The notes beneath the pieces were generated by a model. It was not told the DNA's origin. It was given only the letters and a program-made list of their open reading frames with translations, and ran no database searches. 64,000 nucleotides of DNA from an uncultured Bacilli bacterium (lineage in GTDB: Bacteria > Bacillota_I > Bacilli_A > RFN20 > CAG-449). Location: contig CALVJO010000002.1 in NCBI GenBank assembly GCA_944332225.1, positions 17,013 to 81,012 of the forward strand. The letters are read 5' to 3'. Numbering within the stretch: position 1 is the stretch's first letter; each line of letters starts with the position of its first letter. The position numbers and the translations under genes were made by a program. Below are positions 36,211-45,809 of this stretch, piece by piece.

Positions 36211-37593
36211 TTATATTTCGTCTATTCCAACATCGACTGAATGAGGAATTTTTCTCCATTTAACTTTGAAGAATAAGCTGTATCCATAGATAGGTAGATA
36301 TAATGACATAAATAAAGGAAAGATAATGATTCCTAGAATCTTTTTAAAAGATGAGGCTTTAACGACTTTCCAACATTTAATCATCGCGATTAAGCCCATT
36401 AAAAATACCACGATATAAGCATAGATTAAGAATGATAATAAGCCATTAAAAATATAAGACACAAAGTCATTAACTGAATAAAGACCAAAGGCTAAATAAC
36501 AAATGTTAATGATGAAGAAAATAATTGAATAGACAAAGTAAACCGCGGGAGTGATAAAGATATGATTAGCTAGATCGAAAAGAATAAAATTGTTAGCCTT
36601 AATTTTTTTATCTTCATCTTTCTTTGGCTTAAATAATCCTTTAATTAATTTTCCTTCATATTTAAAGAAGCATTGGACGGTACCCTTGCACCACCTTGCT
36701 CTCTGATTGATTGAATCCATGAATTTAATTGGTTGCTCATCGTAGAAAATCGCATTTTCGTTATATCCGATGTTGATATTCTCAATCGCGCAGACGATTG
36801 AAAACTCAATATCTTCAACTAAAGTAAACCAATTCCAACCTTTATTGCTTAATAAAATATTTCTAGAAAGATAAAACCCAGTTCCTGAGACATAAGTTCC
36901 CATTTTCATATAAGATCTTGATTTATGAATGATGCAAGCTTCTCTAAAGAAAGATATAGATTGGCCCATTGATGAGAATGATGAACCATAATTCTTAGAA
37001 TTTCTAAATGAAGTGGATACCTCATATCCTAAATCAAACATTTTATTCATCTCAATAAAATAATCTTTAGTAACTAAATTATCAGCATCAAAGATGAAAA
37101 ATGCTTCTAAATCATTAAAGTTTTCATCAGTTAATATCTTTTTGAAAATAAAATTTAATCCATAAGATTTTCCTACATTTATAGAATCATTTCTTTTATA
37201 TACTATACAATCTTCTTTGCTTGCGACTTCAAAAGTATGATCGATACAATTATCGGCAAGAACAAAGATAACTAATTTATCTTGAGGGTAAGAAGCATCT
37301 CTAATCGAACGAATTAAATTAGCAACCACTTTTTCTTCATTATGAGCCGGTATGATAATTCCGTATTTATGATTAATTTTTGCGTCTGGATATGTTTTTT
37401 TCTTAATGAATAAAGCAACAAACGTATATATGTATTGGGTAAAATATGATAGCCCCATCATCGTGGCTACGACTATATTGATAATTGCAAGGCATACATA
37501 AATGTAGTATGCGACGTCAGAAGAATATGTACTTAAATCAGCTAAGAAGTTCATCTCTATAATCTTAAAATAAAAATTAGTTAAGTCAAACAA
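36211..37593 (-). CDS. Membrane-embedded family-2 glycosyltransferase (processive synthase-type) with intact QxxRW
   Basis: 460 aa. The order is N-terminal TMs, then the GT2 core (PAHNEEKVV, VLADNCIDHT, IFDADN, VEDIEFS, QRARWCKG), then C-terminal TMs. It is a paralogue of 28357-29631. Confidence 0.8.
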   Translation of the reverse strand: MFDLTNFYFKIIEMNFLADLSTYSSDVAYYIYVCLAIINIVVATMMGLSYFTQYIYTFVALFIKKKTYPDAKINHKYGIIIPAHNEEKVVANLIRSIRDASYPQDKLVIFVLADNCIDHTFEVASKEDCIVYKRNDSINVGKSYGLNFIFKKILTDENFNDLEAFFIFDADNLVTKDYFIEMNKMFDLGYEVSTSFRNSKNYGSSFSSMGQSISFFREACIIHKSRSYMKMGTYVSGTGFYLSRNILLSNKGWNWFTLVEDIEFSIVCAIENINIGYNENAIFYDEQPIKFMDSINQRARWCKGTVQCFFKYEGKLIKGLFKPKKDEDKKIKANNFILFDLANHIFITPAVYFVYSIIFFIINICYLAFGLYSVNDFVSYIFNGLLSFLIYAYIVVFLMGLIAMIKCWKVVKASSFKKILGIIIFPLFMSLYLPIYGYSLFFKVKWRKIPHSVDVGIDEI

Positions 37594-37676
37594 AAAATGT
37601 TTCCAAGATTATGTTATCATCAAAAAAAACACACATCTTAGAAAAGTATCGAAAATCATGATTTGTTTTTTTCTCC

Positions 37677-37704
37677 TTGCTAGATACTTTTAAAATGATA
37701 TAAT
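37677..37704 (+). promoter_or_regulatory. Putative sigma-A promoter with extended -10
   Basis: TTGCTA (37677-37682), 16 nt spacer, TGaTATAAT ending at 37704. It overlaps the ORF-track ATG at 37703, which supports the ATG at 37721 as the real start. Confidence 0.55.
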
Positions 37705-37720
37705 GCAACACGAGGTCTAT

Positions 37721-39064
37721 ATGACTAACAAGAAAAAGAAATCAATTAAAAAAGTTACAGTACTATTAATTATTATACTTTCATTCTTCTTAGTTATCTT
37801 GATTGGAGGAATCCTCCTATCTTTACCTATTTTCCATCAAAAAGATCAAGGAATGAATTTTGTTGATGCCTTTTTTACTTCAACTTCAGCAGTATGCGTC
37901 ACCGGACTATGTCCAGTCACCGATGTTGGAGCTTGCTTGAATCTTGGAGGACGAATCATCCTTGCCTTATTAATTGAATTTGGAGGATTAGGTTCCGTCA
38001 CAATTATAACTTTTATAGCCATCGTTTTAGGATTTAAAATTAATTATAGTCAAAGGGTTTTATTACGCGAATCATTAAATCAAGACTCATTAGAAGGAAT
38101 CGTCGCTTTAGTTAAGAAAATAGTGTTCGTTTCTTTAATTATTCAATCTATCGGGGCGATTTTATTAACCGTAGACCTATATTTTATTTGGGATTATTCA
38201 TTTGTCGATTCTTTAGGATACGGGGTGTTCCAATCAATATCTGCCTTTAATAACTGCGGATTTGATTTATTTGGTTCAACATCTTTAATCCAATTTGCCG
38301 CGGATCCTCTATTTAATATTTCTACTGCTTTATTAATTATCTTTGGAGGTATCGGCTTCATCGTTATCTTTGATTTAATCAACAAACGTTTTAATTTTAG
38401 AAAGTTAAATGTTCATTCTAAGATAGTTTTAACAATGACTTTATTCTTATTAACCTTTGGAACATTAGTTTATAAGCTTTCTAATTTTAATGATTTTACC
38501 TGGTTAGAATCTTTCTTCTTGTCAGTCACAACAAGAACGGCTGGTTTCACCACGATAGACTTAAAAGCTAGGTTAACTGATGCTATGGTTTTATTCTCCA
38601 TATTCTTAATGTTTGTTGGAGCCTCACCTGCTTCGACTGGAGGTGGAGTTAAAACTACAACTTTCTTCACGATGCTTGCTTCATTAAAATCATTCGCTTT
38701 TGGAGAAAGCCAAGTCCATGCCTTTAGAAGAAAAATATCTATGGGGCAAATTGTTAAATCATTTATTTTAACTACTGTTTCAATAGTTTTCTGCCTGACT
38801 ATAACTTTCGTGGTCCTAGCGATTGAGCATAACGAATATAGTTTAGGAGAGATTCTTTTTGAAACTGTCTCCGCTTTTGGTACCGTTGGACTTTCTTTGT
38901 CGGTCACTCCATCTTTAACCGCGGCAAGCAAATTAGTTTTATGCTTAACTATGTTTGTTGGTAGACTTGGACCAACCACATTTATATCATTATTTAATAA
39001 TCGTTTCGTCGAAGCTTCGACAGATGAACTTCGTTATATTGAAGAAAATGTCATCATAGGATAG
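37721..39064 (+). CDS. ktrB: Ktr/Trk-type potassium uptake membrane subunit
   Basis: Repeated pore-loop GxG motifs: CVTGL, NNCGFD, RTAGF and TVGLS, which is the TrkH/KtrB architecture. Confidence 0.85.
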   Translation: MTNKKKKSIKKVTVLLIIILSFFLVILIGGILLSLPIFHQKDQGMNFVDAFFTSTSAVCVTGLCPVTDVGACLNLGGRIILALLIEFGGLGSVTIITFIAIVLGFKINYSQRVLLRESLNQDSLEGIVALVKKIVFVSLIIQSIGAILLTVDLYFIWDYSFVDSLGYGVFQSISAFNNCGFDLFGSTSLIQFAADPLFNISTALLIIFGGIGFIVIFDLINKRFNFRKLNVHSKIVLTMTLFLLTFGTLVYKLSNFNDFTWLESFFLSVTTRTAGFTTIDLKARLTDAMVLFSIFLMFVGASPASTGGGVKTTTFFTMLASLKSFAFGESQVHAFRRKISMGQIVKSFILTTVSIVFCLTITFVVLAIEHNEYSLGEILFETVSAFGTVGLSLSVTPSLTAASKLVLCLTMFVGRLGPTTFISLFNNRFVEASTDELRYIEENVIIG

Positions 39065-39074
39065 GAGGATAAAT

Positions 39075-39734
39075 ATGAAAAAACGTAATATCTTTGTTTT
39101 AGGTTTAGGAAGATTCGGTCTAGCTTTAGTTGCTGAATTAACAAATTATTCTGATCAGGTAGTCGCGATTGATATGGATGAAGAGGCAGTCGAACAAGCT
39201 TCTAAATTAACATCCTTAGCTTATATAGCTGACTCAACATCGATGAAAGCGATGAAAGACGCGGGAATCCAAAATGCTGATCATGTTATCATCGCGTTTG
39301 GTTCATCATTTGAAGGAACAATCTTAACTTATGTTAATTTGAAGGAATTAGGAGTTAAGAATATTTCAGTCCGTTGCGAAAAAGAGTCATATTATCCGAT
39401 TTTAGCTAAATTAGGGGTTCAAGATATCATCTCAACTACCAAGATTGCTGGAAAAAGATTAGCAACAAGAATCGTATTCCCTGATTTCGTCGATTATTTT
39501 TCAATATCAGGAGACTATTGCATGGTTGATATTACCGTCAAAGACAGTTTTGTCCCATTAAAATTATCTGAATTAAATCCTAGAAATAAATTTGATGTTA
39601 ACCTTTTATTGATTAAGCGTGGAAAGAAAGACATCACCCCAAAAGCTGATGATCAAATAATGCCAAACGATGAGCTCGTGGTCTTTGGCACCAGAAAGAA
39701 TGTTTCTTTATTGAGCGACTATATTAATGATTAG
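39075..39734 (+). CDS. ktrA: Ktr/Trk potassium uptake regulatory subunit (RCK_N/RCK_C)
   Basis: GLGRFG Rossmann motif, 219 aa, 10 nt after ktrB. Confidence 0.85.
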   Translation: MKKRNIFVLGLGRFGLALVAELTNYSDQVVAIDMDEEAVEQASKLTSLAYIADSTSMKAMKDAGIQNADHVIIAFGSSFEGTILTYVNLKELGVKNISVRCEKESYYPILAKLGVQDIISTTKIAGKRLATRIVFPDFVDYFSISGDYCMVDITVKDSFVPLKLSELNPRNKFDVNLLLIKRGKKDITPKADDQIMPNDELVVFGTRKNVSLLSDYIND

Positions 39735-39765
39735 TGATGGAATTCGTTCCATCATTTTATTTTTC
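39735..39765 (+). terminator. Rho-independent terminator
   Basis: TGATGGAA ttcg TTCCATCA followed by TTTTATTTTT. Confidence 0.75.
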
Positions 39766-39831
39766 AATAGGGGCTTTATTCTATACTCATATTTTGATAT
39801 TATTTAAAAAGAAAAGCGGAGGAATAAAAAT

Positions 39832-40362
39832 ATGAATAAATTATTAATTGTAGTTGACTATCAAGTTGACTTTGTCACCGGCTCATTAAAAGTTCCGGGT
39901 GCTAAGGAATTAGAGCCTTACATTGTCTCTTTAATTAAAGAGTATCGTGATAACGGCGATGACGTTATCTTCACGATGGATACTCACGATGAAGATTATC
40001 TATCAACCGAAGAAGGTAAATATATGCCAACCCCTCACTGCATTAGAGGAACTGATGGATATAAGCTTTATGGAAAGGTTGGAAAAATATCAGGTGGCTC
40101 TTTAATTTTTGAAAAACGAGCTTTCCCATCAAGTCAACTTTGCTTCTATCTTCGCGGGGCAAGATACACAGAAGTTACCTTAGTTGGTTTAGTAAGCAAT
40201 ATCTGCGTTTTATCTAATGCGATCATGGCTAAAGCAGCTTTACCTTTTGCTCACATCGTCATCGACGCCAAGGGATCAGCTTCAAATGACCCAGAGCTTG
40301 AAAAGAAAGCATATGATGTCTGCGAAGGCTTATTAATCGAGGTTAAGAATGCCTCAAAATAA
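39832..40362 (+). CDS. pncA: Isochorismatase-family cysteine hydrolase, nicotinamidase-like
   Basis: LLIVVDYQVDF (Asp), DTHDEDY (metal-site-like) and LVGLVSNICV (nucleophile Cys). Confidence 0.7.
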   Translation: MNKLLIVVDYQVDFVTGSLKVPGAKELEPYIVSLIKEYRDNGDDVIFTMDTHDEDYLSTEEGKYMPTPHCIRGTDGYKLYGKVGKISGGSLIFEKRAFPSSQLCFYLRGARYTEVTLVGLVSNICVLSNAIMAKAALPFAHIVIDAKGSASNDPELEKKAYDVCEGLLIEVKNASK

Positions 40363-40795
40363 ATTATTTGAAATAATATTTAAAGATCACCGTGAATTCA
40401 TCTATCTAAGAAATGGCTTGATATCTTCTTTAGTAATATTTCTTATTTTAATAGTTTGCTTTTTCTTCTCTCTAGAAGGGCTACCAATAGGATTATTAGT
40501 TGGCACGTTAATTGGCTACTCCGATTATTTTTTAAGAAGATTTCAAAGAAAAATTAGAGATGATGATAGAGCAAAAACTAGATTAATTGTCTATGATTTT
40601 TTACTGTCTATCTCTAGAATATTACTTTACGTTCTTCCGTTATTATTTCTTGGAATATTCTATCATCAAGGTTATCAAATATTTTCTTTGTATTTTGCTT
40701 TATTAGGAATATTTTTAATTCAAATAAATCGTTACTTTTATGATTTTTATTTAGATTTAAAGAATAAAGATAAAAAGAACGATAATAATTTATAG
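40349..40795 (+). CDS. Hypothetical small 4-TM membrane protein
   Basis: 148 aa with hydrophobic segments. GAGG lies 6 nt before the ATG. It overlaps the pncA-like stop by 14 nt. Confidence 0.5.
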   Translation: MPQNKLFEIIFKDHREFIYLRNGLISSLVIFLILIVCFFFSLEGLPIGLLVGTLIGYSDYFLRRFQRKIRDDDRAKTRLIVYDFLLSISRILLYVLPLLFLGIFYHQGYQIFSLYFALLGIFLIQINRYFYDFYLDLKNKDKKNDNNL

Positions 40796-40803
40796 GAGTA
40801 TTT

Positions 40804-41334
40804 ATGAATATTTGGCATGATATAAATCCTAAACGGATCACCCCTGAATTGTTTGACGCGGTTGTAGAAATAACCTCAGGGAGCAAAAATAAATATGAGT
40901 TAGATAAGGAAACCGGGCTTCTCCGTTTAGATAGAATCCTTTATACTTCAACTCATTATCCTGCAAATTATGGATTCATCCCTCTTACTTACGCGGAGGA
41001 TAATGACCCTTTAGATGTCTTGATTCTCTCCTCTCAGCCCATCGTTCCTTTAACTATTGTCACTTGTCGTCCGATTGGAATTTTAAAGATGGAAGATGAA
41101 GGAGAAGGAGACGAAAAGGTAATTTCAGTAGTTGATGCTGATCCTGAATTTACTCAGATTAATTCTATTTATGATTTACCTCCTCATATCTTCAAAGAAA
41201 TTCGTCATTTCTTTGAAGTTTATAAGATGCTTGAAGGAAAAGTAACCCAAGTTGAACAATTTGCAAATGAAGATGTTGCAAAAAGAATAATTAAAGAATG
41301 TATAGAAAGATATCAATTAAAATTTAAAAAATAA
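40804..41334 (+). CDS. ppa: Inorganic pyrophosphatase, family I
   Basis: VVEITSGSKNKYELD, YPANYGFIP and DNDPLDVL are canonical family-I PPase motifs. Confidence 0.92.
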   Translation: MNIWHDINPKRITPELFDAVVEITSGSKNKYELDKETGLLRLDRILYTSTHYPANYGFIPLTYAEDNDPLDVLILSSQPIVPLTIVTCRPIGILKMEDEGEGDEKVISVVDADPEFTQINSIYDLPPHIFKEIRHFFEVYKMLEGKVTQVEQFANEDVAKRIIKECIERYQLKFKK

Positions 41335-41336
41335 TT

Positions 41337-43487
41337 ATGAATATAGTCTCAATATTTTCTGAAGAATTAAATATAAGTCAAAATCAAGTTAACAATGTTA
41401 TTAATTTATTAAATGAAGGAGATACCATTCCCTTTATCGCTAGATATCGGAAAGAGCAAACCGGAGGATTAGACGATACTTTACTCCGTAATTTTGAAGA
41501 GAGATTAAAGTATCTAACTAATTTAAATGAACGGAAAGAAACAATTTTAAAATCTTTAGAGAGCCAAGGCGTTTTAAATGATGAACTAAAAAAAGAAATC
41601 GATGAAGTTTTAATCTTGTCTGAATTAGAAGATATCTATCGTCCATATAAACCTAAAAAAAGAACTCGCGCGACCATAGCTAAAGAAAAGGGTTTAGAGC
41701 CATTAGCTTCTTATATATATTCTCAGCAAGAGATCGTCCCTTTACATGAAAAAGCTCAAGAATTTATTTCTGAAGAAAAAGGGGTATTAACTATAGATGA
41801 GGCGATTAATGGAGCCTTAGATATAATCGCTGAAAAGATTTCTGATGAGCCGCGTTATCGTAAATACATTAAAAATTTAGATTATAAAAAAGGTTTAATA
41901 ACCTCAAAAGAAGTGAAAAAGGAAGAACGAGATGTCTACAAGATGTATCAAGACTATCAAGAAAGAATCATCTCCATTCCTCCTCATCGAATCTTAGCTT
42001 TAAATAGAGGTGAAAAAGATAAATATCTTAAAGTATCTTTGCTTACTCCTGATGAAGAGATAATTTCTTATTTAGAAAGAAAAATTATTAAAAACAATTC
42101 GCCGTTTACAACCTATTTACAATCTTGTATCAAAGATGCTTATGATCGATTAATCGCTCCATCGATTGAAAACGAAATCAGAAATGATTTGTTCTTAAAA
42201 GCTGAAGATCAAAGCATGGAGATATTTAAAGATAATCTTAAGCAGCTATTAATGATGGCTCCTTTAAAAGGAAAAACGGTGTTAGGATTTGATCCTGGTT
42301 ATTCCCATGGCTGTAAATTAGCAGTCTGTAATTCTCTTGGTGAAGTATTAGCTACTTCAATTATTAGACCAACTTTAAAATCAGAAAATGAAATAATTAA
42401 ATCAAAGAAAATATTGTTAGATTTAATAAATAAATATCATATCGATGTGATTGCTCTAGGTAATGGCACGGCTTCTAGAGAATCCCAAGTGTTTATTAAT
42501 GAAGTTTTAAAAGAGAATAATTTACAAGAGAAAGTTAAATATTTGATAGTGTCAGAAGCTGGCGCGTCAGTTTATTCAGCAACTGAATTAGCTAAAAAAG
42601 AATTTCCTACTTTCGATGTTAATCTCCGTAGCGCGGTGTCGATAGCTAGAAGACTTCAAGATCCTCTTGCCGAGCTAGTTAAGATTCCTCCAGAGAGCAT
42701 CGGGGTTGGCCAATATCAGCACGATATGGATCAAAAAAGATTAAAAGAAACATTATCAAATGTAGTCTTCGACTGCGTTAACTTAGTTGGAGTCGATTGT
42801 AATACCGCGTCTGTTTCTTTATTAAACTATATTTCTGGAATAACTCCTAAAATTGCTGAAAACATCGTTATCTATAGAAATAGTAACGGAGGTTTTAAGT
42901 CTCGTGAAGACCTAAAGAAAGTTAAGATGCTTGGACCTAAGGCATTTGAACAATCCGCGGGATTTTTAAGAATAAATGGAACTAATCCTTTAGATAATAC
43001 TTCAGTTCACCCTGAATCGTACGAGCTAACTTTAAAATTGCTTAAGATGATGAATCTATCTTTAAATGATTTAGGAAAAGAAAACTTAATTGATTCTCTA
43101 GATAGATTAAATATTCAAGAAGCAGCGAAACAATTAAATATTGGTGAGATGACTTTAGAGGATATCGTTGAGGAATTAAAGAAGCCAGGAAGAGATATTA
43201 GAGATGATTTCTCTCAAGTTAAATTTGAATCATCCATCCTTACTATCGATGATTTAAATGAAGGTATGGTCTTGGAAGGAACAGTTACAAATATCATGGA
43301 TTTTGGTTGTTTTGTCGATATTGGAGTTCATGTTGATGGCTTAGTTCATATCTCAGAGATGTCTTCTAAATATGTTAAATCACCTCATGATATAGTTAAG
43401 CTTCAACAGGTGGTAAAAGTAAAAATAATTTCATTAGATAAAGAAAGAAAGCGAATCGGCTTATCTCTTAAACAAGTTAATAATTAA
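41337..43487 (+). CDS. tex: Tex-like transcription accessory protein (YqgF/HhH/S1 domains)
   Basis: IPFIARYRKEQTGGLDD at the N-terminus, the YqgF-like region GFDPGYSHGCKLAV, and the C-terminal S1 domain GTVTNIMDFGCFVDIGVHVDGLVHISE. Confidence 0.9.
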   Translation: MNIVSIFSEELNISQNQVNNVINLLNEGDTIPFIARYRKEQTGGLDDTLLRNFEERLKYLTNLNERKETILKSLESQGVLNDELKKEIDEVLILSELEDIYRPYKPKKRTRATIAKEKGLEPLASYIYSQQEIVPLHEKAQEFISEEKGVLTIDEAINGALDIIAEKISDEPRYRKYIKNLDYKKGLITSKEVKKEERDVYKMYQDYQERIISIPPHRILALNRGEKDKYLKVSLLTPDEEIISYLERKIIKNNSPFTTYLQSCIKDAYDRLIAPSIENEIRNDLFLKAEDQSMEIFKDNLKQLLMMAPLKGKTVLGFDPGYSHGCKLAVCNSLGEVLATSIIRPTLKSENEIIKSKKILLDLINKYHIDVIALGNGTASRESQVFINEVLKENNLQEKVKYLIVSEAGASVYSATELAKKEFPTFDVNLRSAVSIARRLQDPLAELVKIPPESIGVGQYQHDMDQKRLKETLSNVVFDCVNLVGVDCNTASVSLLNYISGITPKIAENIVIYRNSNGGFKSREDLKKVKMLGPKAFEQSAGFLRINGTNPLDNTSVHPESYELTLKLLKMMNLSLNDLGKENLIDSLDRLNIQEAAKQLNIGEMTLEDIVEELKKPGRDIRDDFSQVKFESSILTIDDLNEGMVLEGTVTNIMDFGCFVDIGVHVDGLVHISEMSSKYVKSPHDIVKLQQVVKVKIISLDKERKRIGLSLKQVNN

Positions 43488-43493
43488 TATTAA

Positions 43494-43528
43494 AAAAAGA
43501 GCTATTGAACGAATCAGTAGCTCTTTTA
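43494..43528. terminator. Bidirectional rho-independent terminator (tex / thrS)
   Basis: AAAAAAAGAGCTA...TAGCTCTTTT lies between convergent genes. Confidence 0.65.
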
Positions 43529-43616
43529 AATTATAATTTACTAAATGATTATAAAAGCAATGTTAATAATTAAAATATGATCGTAATCAAGTTTAGTTAA
43601 ATATGACTAATATTAA

Positions 43617-45533
43617 TTATTCTTTTTCTACAAGTAATTCTTTATCAGCGATTTCTTTTTGAATCTTCTTTAAGAAATCATCTAAAGAGACAGTAATTTG
43701 CTCCTTAGTTTGATATTTACGATAGGTGACATTTGAATTAAGAGTCTCACTTTCTCCTACGACTAAAGTGTATGGAATCTTATGAGTTTGACTATCTCTC
43801 ATTCTATACCCAAGCTTTTCAGCACGATTATCAATCTCGCTACGGATATTATGATCAAGCAAGAATTCATTTACTTTATTAGCATATTCAAGATAGTTAT
43901 CAGAAACTGGAAGGATTCTTACTTGAGTTGGAGCTAACCATGTTGGGAAGGCTCCAGCAAAGTTTTCGGTGATGATAGCTATAAATCTTTCAAGAGATCC
44001 AAAGCAGGCTCTATGGATCATAACAGGAGTGACTTTCTCTCCATTTTGATCGATGTAGAAGCAGTTAAATCTTCCTGGAAGTTGCATGTCAAGTTGGACG
44101 GTTCCACATTGCCAAATTCTATTCATAGAATCGCGAAGTTTGAAGTCTAATTTTGGTCCATAGAAGGCTCCGTCACCTGGATTAATTTTGAATTCTTTTC
44201 CAGAAGCCTTTAATGCATCAACTAAATCTTGCTCAGCTTTATCCCATACTTTGATATCGCCTATATAGTTATCTTCAGGTCTAGTTGATAATTCAATAGT
44301 GTATTTTAGATTAAATAAGGAATAGATATGATCATATATTTTGATGATTTTAGTGATTTCTTCACCGATTTGATCTTCTCTTAACATTGTATGCGCGTCA
44401 TCTTGAGTGAAGGTTCTAACTCTAAATAAACCATTTAAGGCTCCTGAGGCTTCATGACGATGAACATGACCTAATTCAGCAATTCTTAAAGGTAGATCTT
44501 TGTAGGAATGAATAGAATTATTGTAAACAATAATAGCTCCTGGGCAGTTCATCGGTTTAATCGCATAAGGAGTTTCATCAACCATCGTGATATACATATT
44601 ATCTTTATAGTGATCCCAGTGGCCGGAGGTTTCCCATAATTCCTTTGATAGCATCATTGGGGTATCAACCACTAGATAGCCGTTACGTCTATGATATTGA
44701 ATCCAGTAATCTTCTAAGGTTCTCTTAATTAAATATCCATTTGGAAGGAAGAATGGTAAGCCTGGACCATATTCTGACATCATGAAAAGTCCTAATTCTT
44801 TACCGATCTTTTTATGATCTCTTTTCTTTCTTTCCTCTAAATCGTGAAGGTGACTTTGGAGAGATTCTTCAGTGAAGAATGAAGTTCCATAAATTCTAGT
44901 GAGCATCGGATTATTAACATTTCCCCTCCAATATGCTCCCGCGACGCTTAAAAGCTTAAAGTGTTGAATTTGGGAAACTTTTTCTAGATGAGGACCCGCG
45001 CAGAGATCGTAGAATTCACCTTGATAATAAACTGTGATCTCACCTTCGATTCCATCAATTAACTCTAGTTTATAAGGATTATCTTTAAATAATTCTCTTG
45101 CTTCATCTTTAGAAACTACTTTTTTAATAAATTTATTTCCTGAAGAAGCGATTCTTTTCATCTCTTTTTCAATTTTAGGGAAATCAACTTCAGTAATTTT
45201 TAAACCTTTAAAATCGACATCATAATAGAATCCTTCTTCAATTGAAGGGCCAAAGCCAAATAAGGCCTCAGGATATAAATTATGAATGGCTTCCGCCATA
45301 AGGTGGGAAGTGGAGTGATTTAAGATATCATAAGATTCTTTATCACCTTTTTTAATTAATAGGAAATGTCCTCCATGAGGAATTGGTTCATTAAATGAAT
45401 AGACATGATCATCTAATTTGTAACCAACACATTCTTTTGCTAAGGATAATGAGATAGATTTACAAACATCCTCTCCAGTCAATCCTTCTTCGATCTCTTT
45501 AATTGATTCATCTTTTAAAATTAACTTAAACAT
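43617..45533 (-). CDS. thrS: Threonine--tRNA ligase
   Basis: 638 aa with TGS, editing and class II core domains. HSTSHLMAEA, FRVRTFTQDDAH and the class II motifs are present. It is preceded by a Thr T-box. Confidence 0.93.
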   Translation of the reverse strand: MFKLILKDESIKEIEEGLTGEDVCKSISLSLAKECVGYKLDDHVYSFNEPIPHGGHFLLIKKGDKESYDILNHSTSHLMAEAIHNLYPEALFGFGPSIEEGFYYDVDFKGLKITEVDFPKIEKEMKRIASSGNKFIKKVVSKDEARELFKDNPYKLELIDGIEGEITVYYQGEFYDLCAGPHLEKVSQIQHFKLLSVAGAYWRGNVNNPMLTRIYGTSFFTEESLQSHLHDLEERKKRDHKKIGKELGLFMMSEYGPGLPFFLPNGYLIKRTLEDYWIQYHRRNGYLVVDTPMMLSKELWETSGHWDHYKDNMYITMVDETPYAIKPMNCPGAIIVYNNSIHSYKDLPLRIAELGHVHRHEASGALNGLFRVRTFTQDDAHTMLREDQIGEEITKIIKIYDHIYSLFNLKYTIELSTRPEDNYIGDIKVWDKAEQDLVDALKASGKEFKINPGDGAFYGPKLDFKLRDSMNRIWQCGTVQLDMQLPGRFNCFYIDQNGEKVTPVMIHRACFGSLERFIAIITENFAGAFPTWLAPTQVRILPVSDNYLEYANKVNEFLLDHNIRSEIDNRAEKLGYRMRDSQTHKIPYTLVVGESETLNSNVTYRKYQTKEQITVSLDDFLKKIQKEIADKELLVEKE

Positions 45534-45546
45534 ATTGCTCCTTTCA

Positions 45547-45768
45547 TAAAAAAATCCTTATAGAAAATTTCTATAAGGACGATATTAACCGTGGTACCAC
45601 CTTAATTCATCTAAATATATATTTAGGTGCTCTCAAACTCTCTTAACGCGAGAAACGTCTTATTACTAAGAGAGCTCCGCGGTGGTATTTAAAGGGTTGT
45701 ATCCTACTTTCACCAGATGTAGAATTCTCTGTAGCTTTCCTTTAAACGTGTCCGTTTCTTAGCTCGAA
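45547..45768 (-). promoter_or_regulatory. T-box riboswitch leader (Thr specifier) with intrinsic terminator
   Basis: On the minus strand: AGAGA and GGTGAAAG stem-I elements, and a specifier region AAAU-ACC-ACC-G (45681-45686). The T-box sequence GGTGGTACCACGG is at 45589-45601. The terminator TCCTTATAGAAATTTTCTATAAGGA plus U8 is at 45547-45579. Confidence 0.85.
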
Positions 45769-45809
45769 ATAATTATTAATCAATTTAAATTTAAATATCA
45801 AGAATTATT

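Noticed and set aside
37594-37720. Possible c-di-AMP (ydaO-type) riboswitch upstream of ktrB
   Set aside because: The predicted promoter leaves a leader of only about 15 nt before the ATG at 37721. That is far too short for the riboswitch, and I saw no conserved motif.
40349-40795. Overlapping pncA-like / small membrane protein pair, considered as a toxin-antitoxin or holin-like module
   Set aside because: The upstream gene has a complete nicotinamidase-type catalytic set. The overlap is ordinary operon compaction, seen throughout this window, and there are no TA-family motifs.
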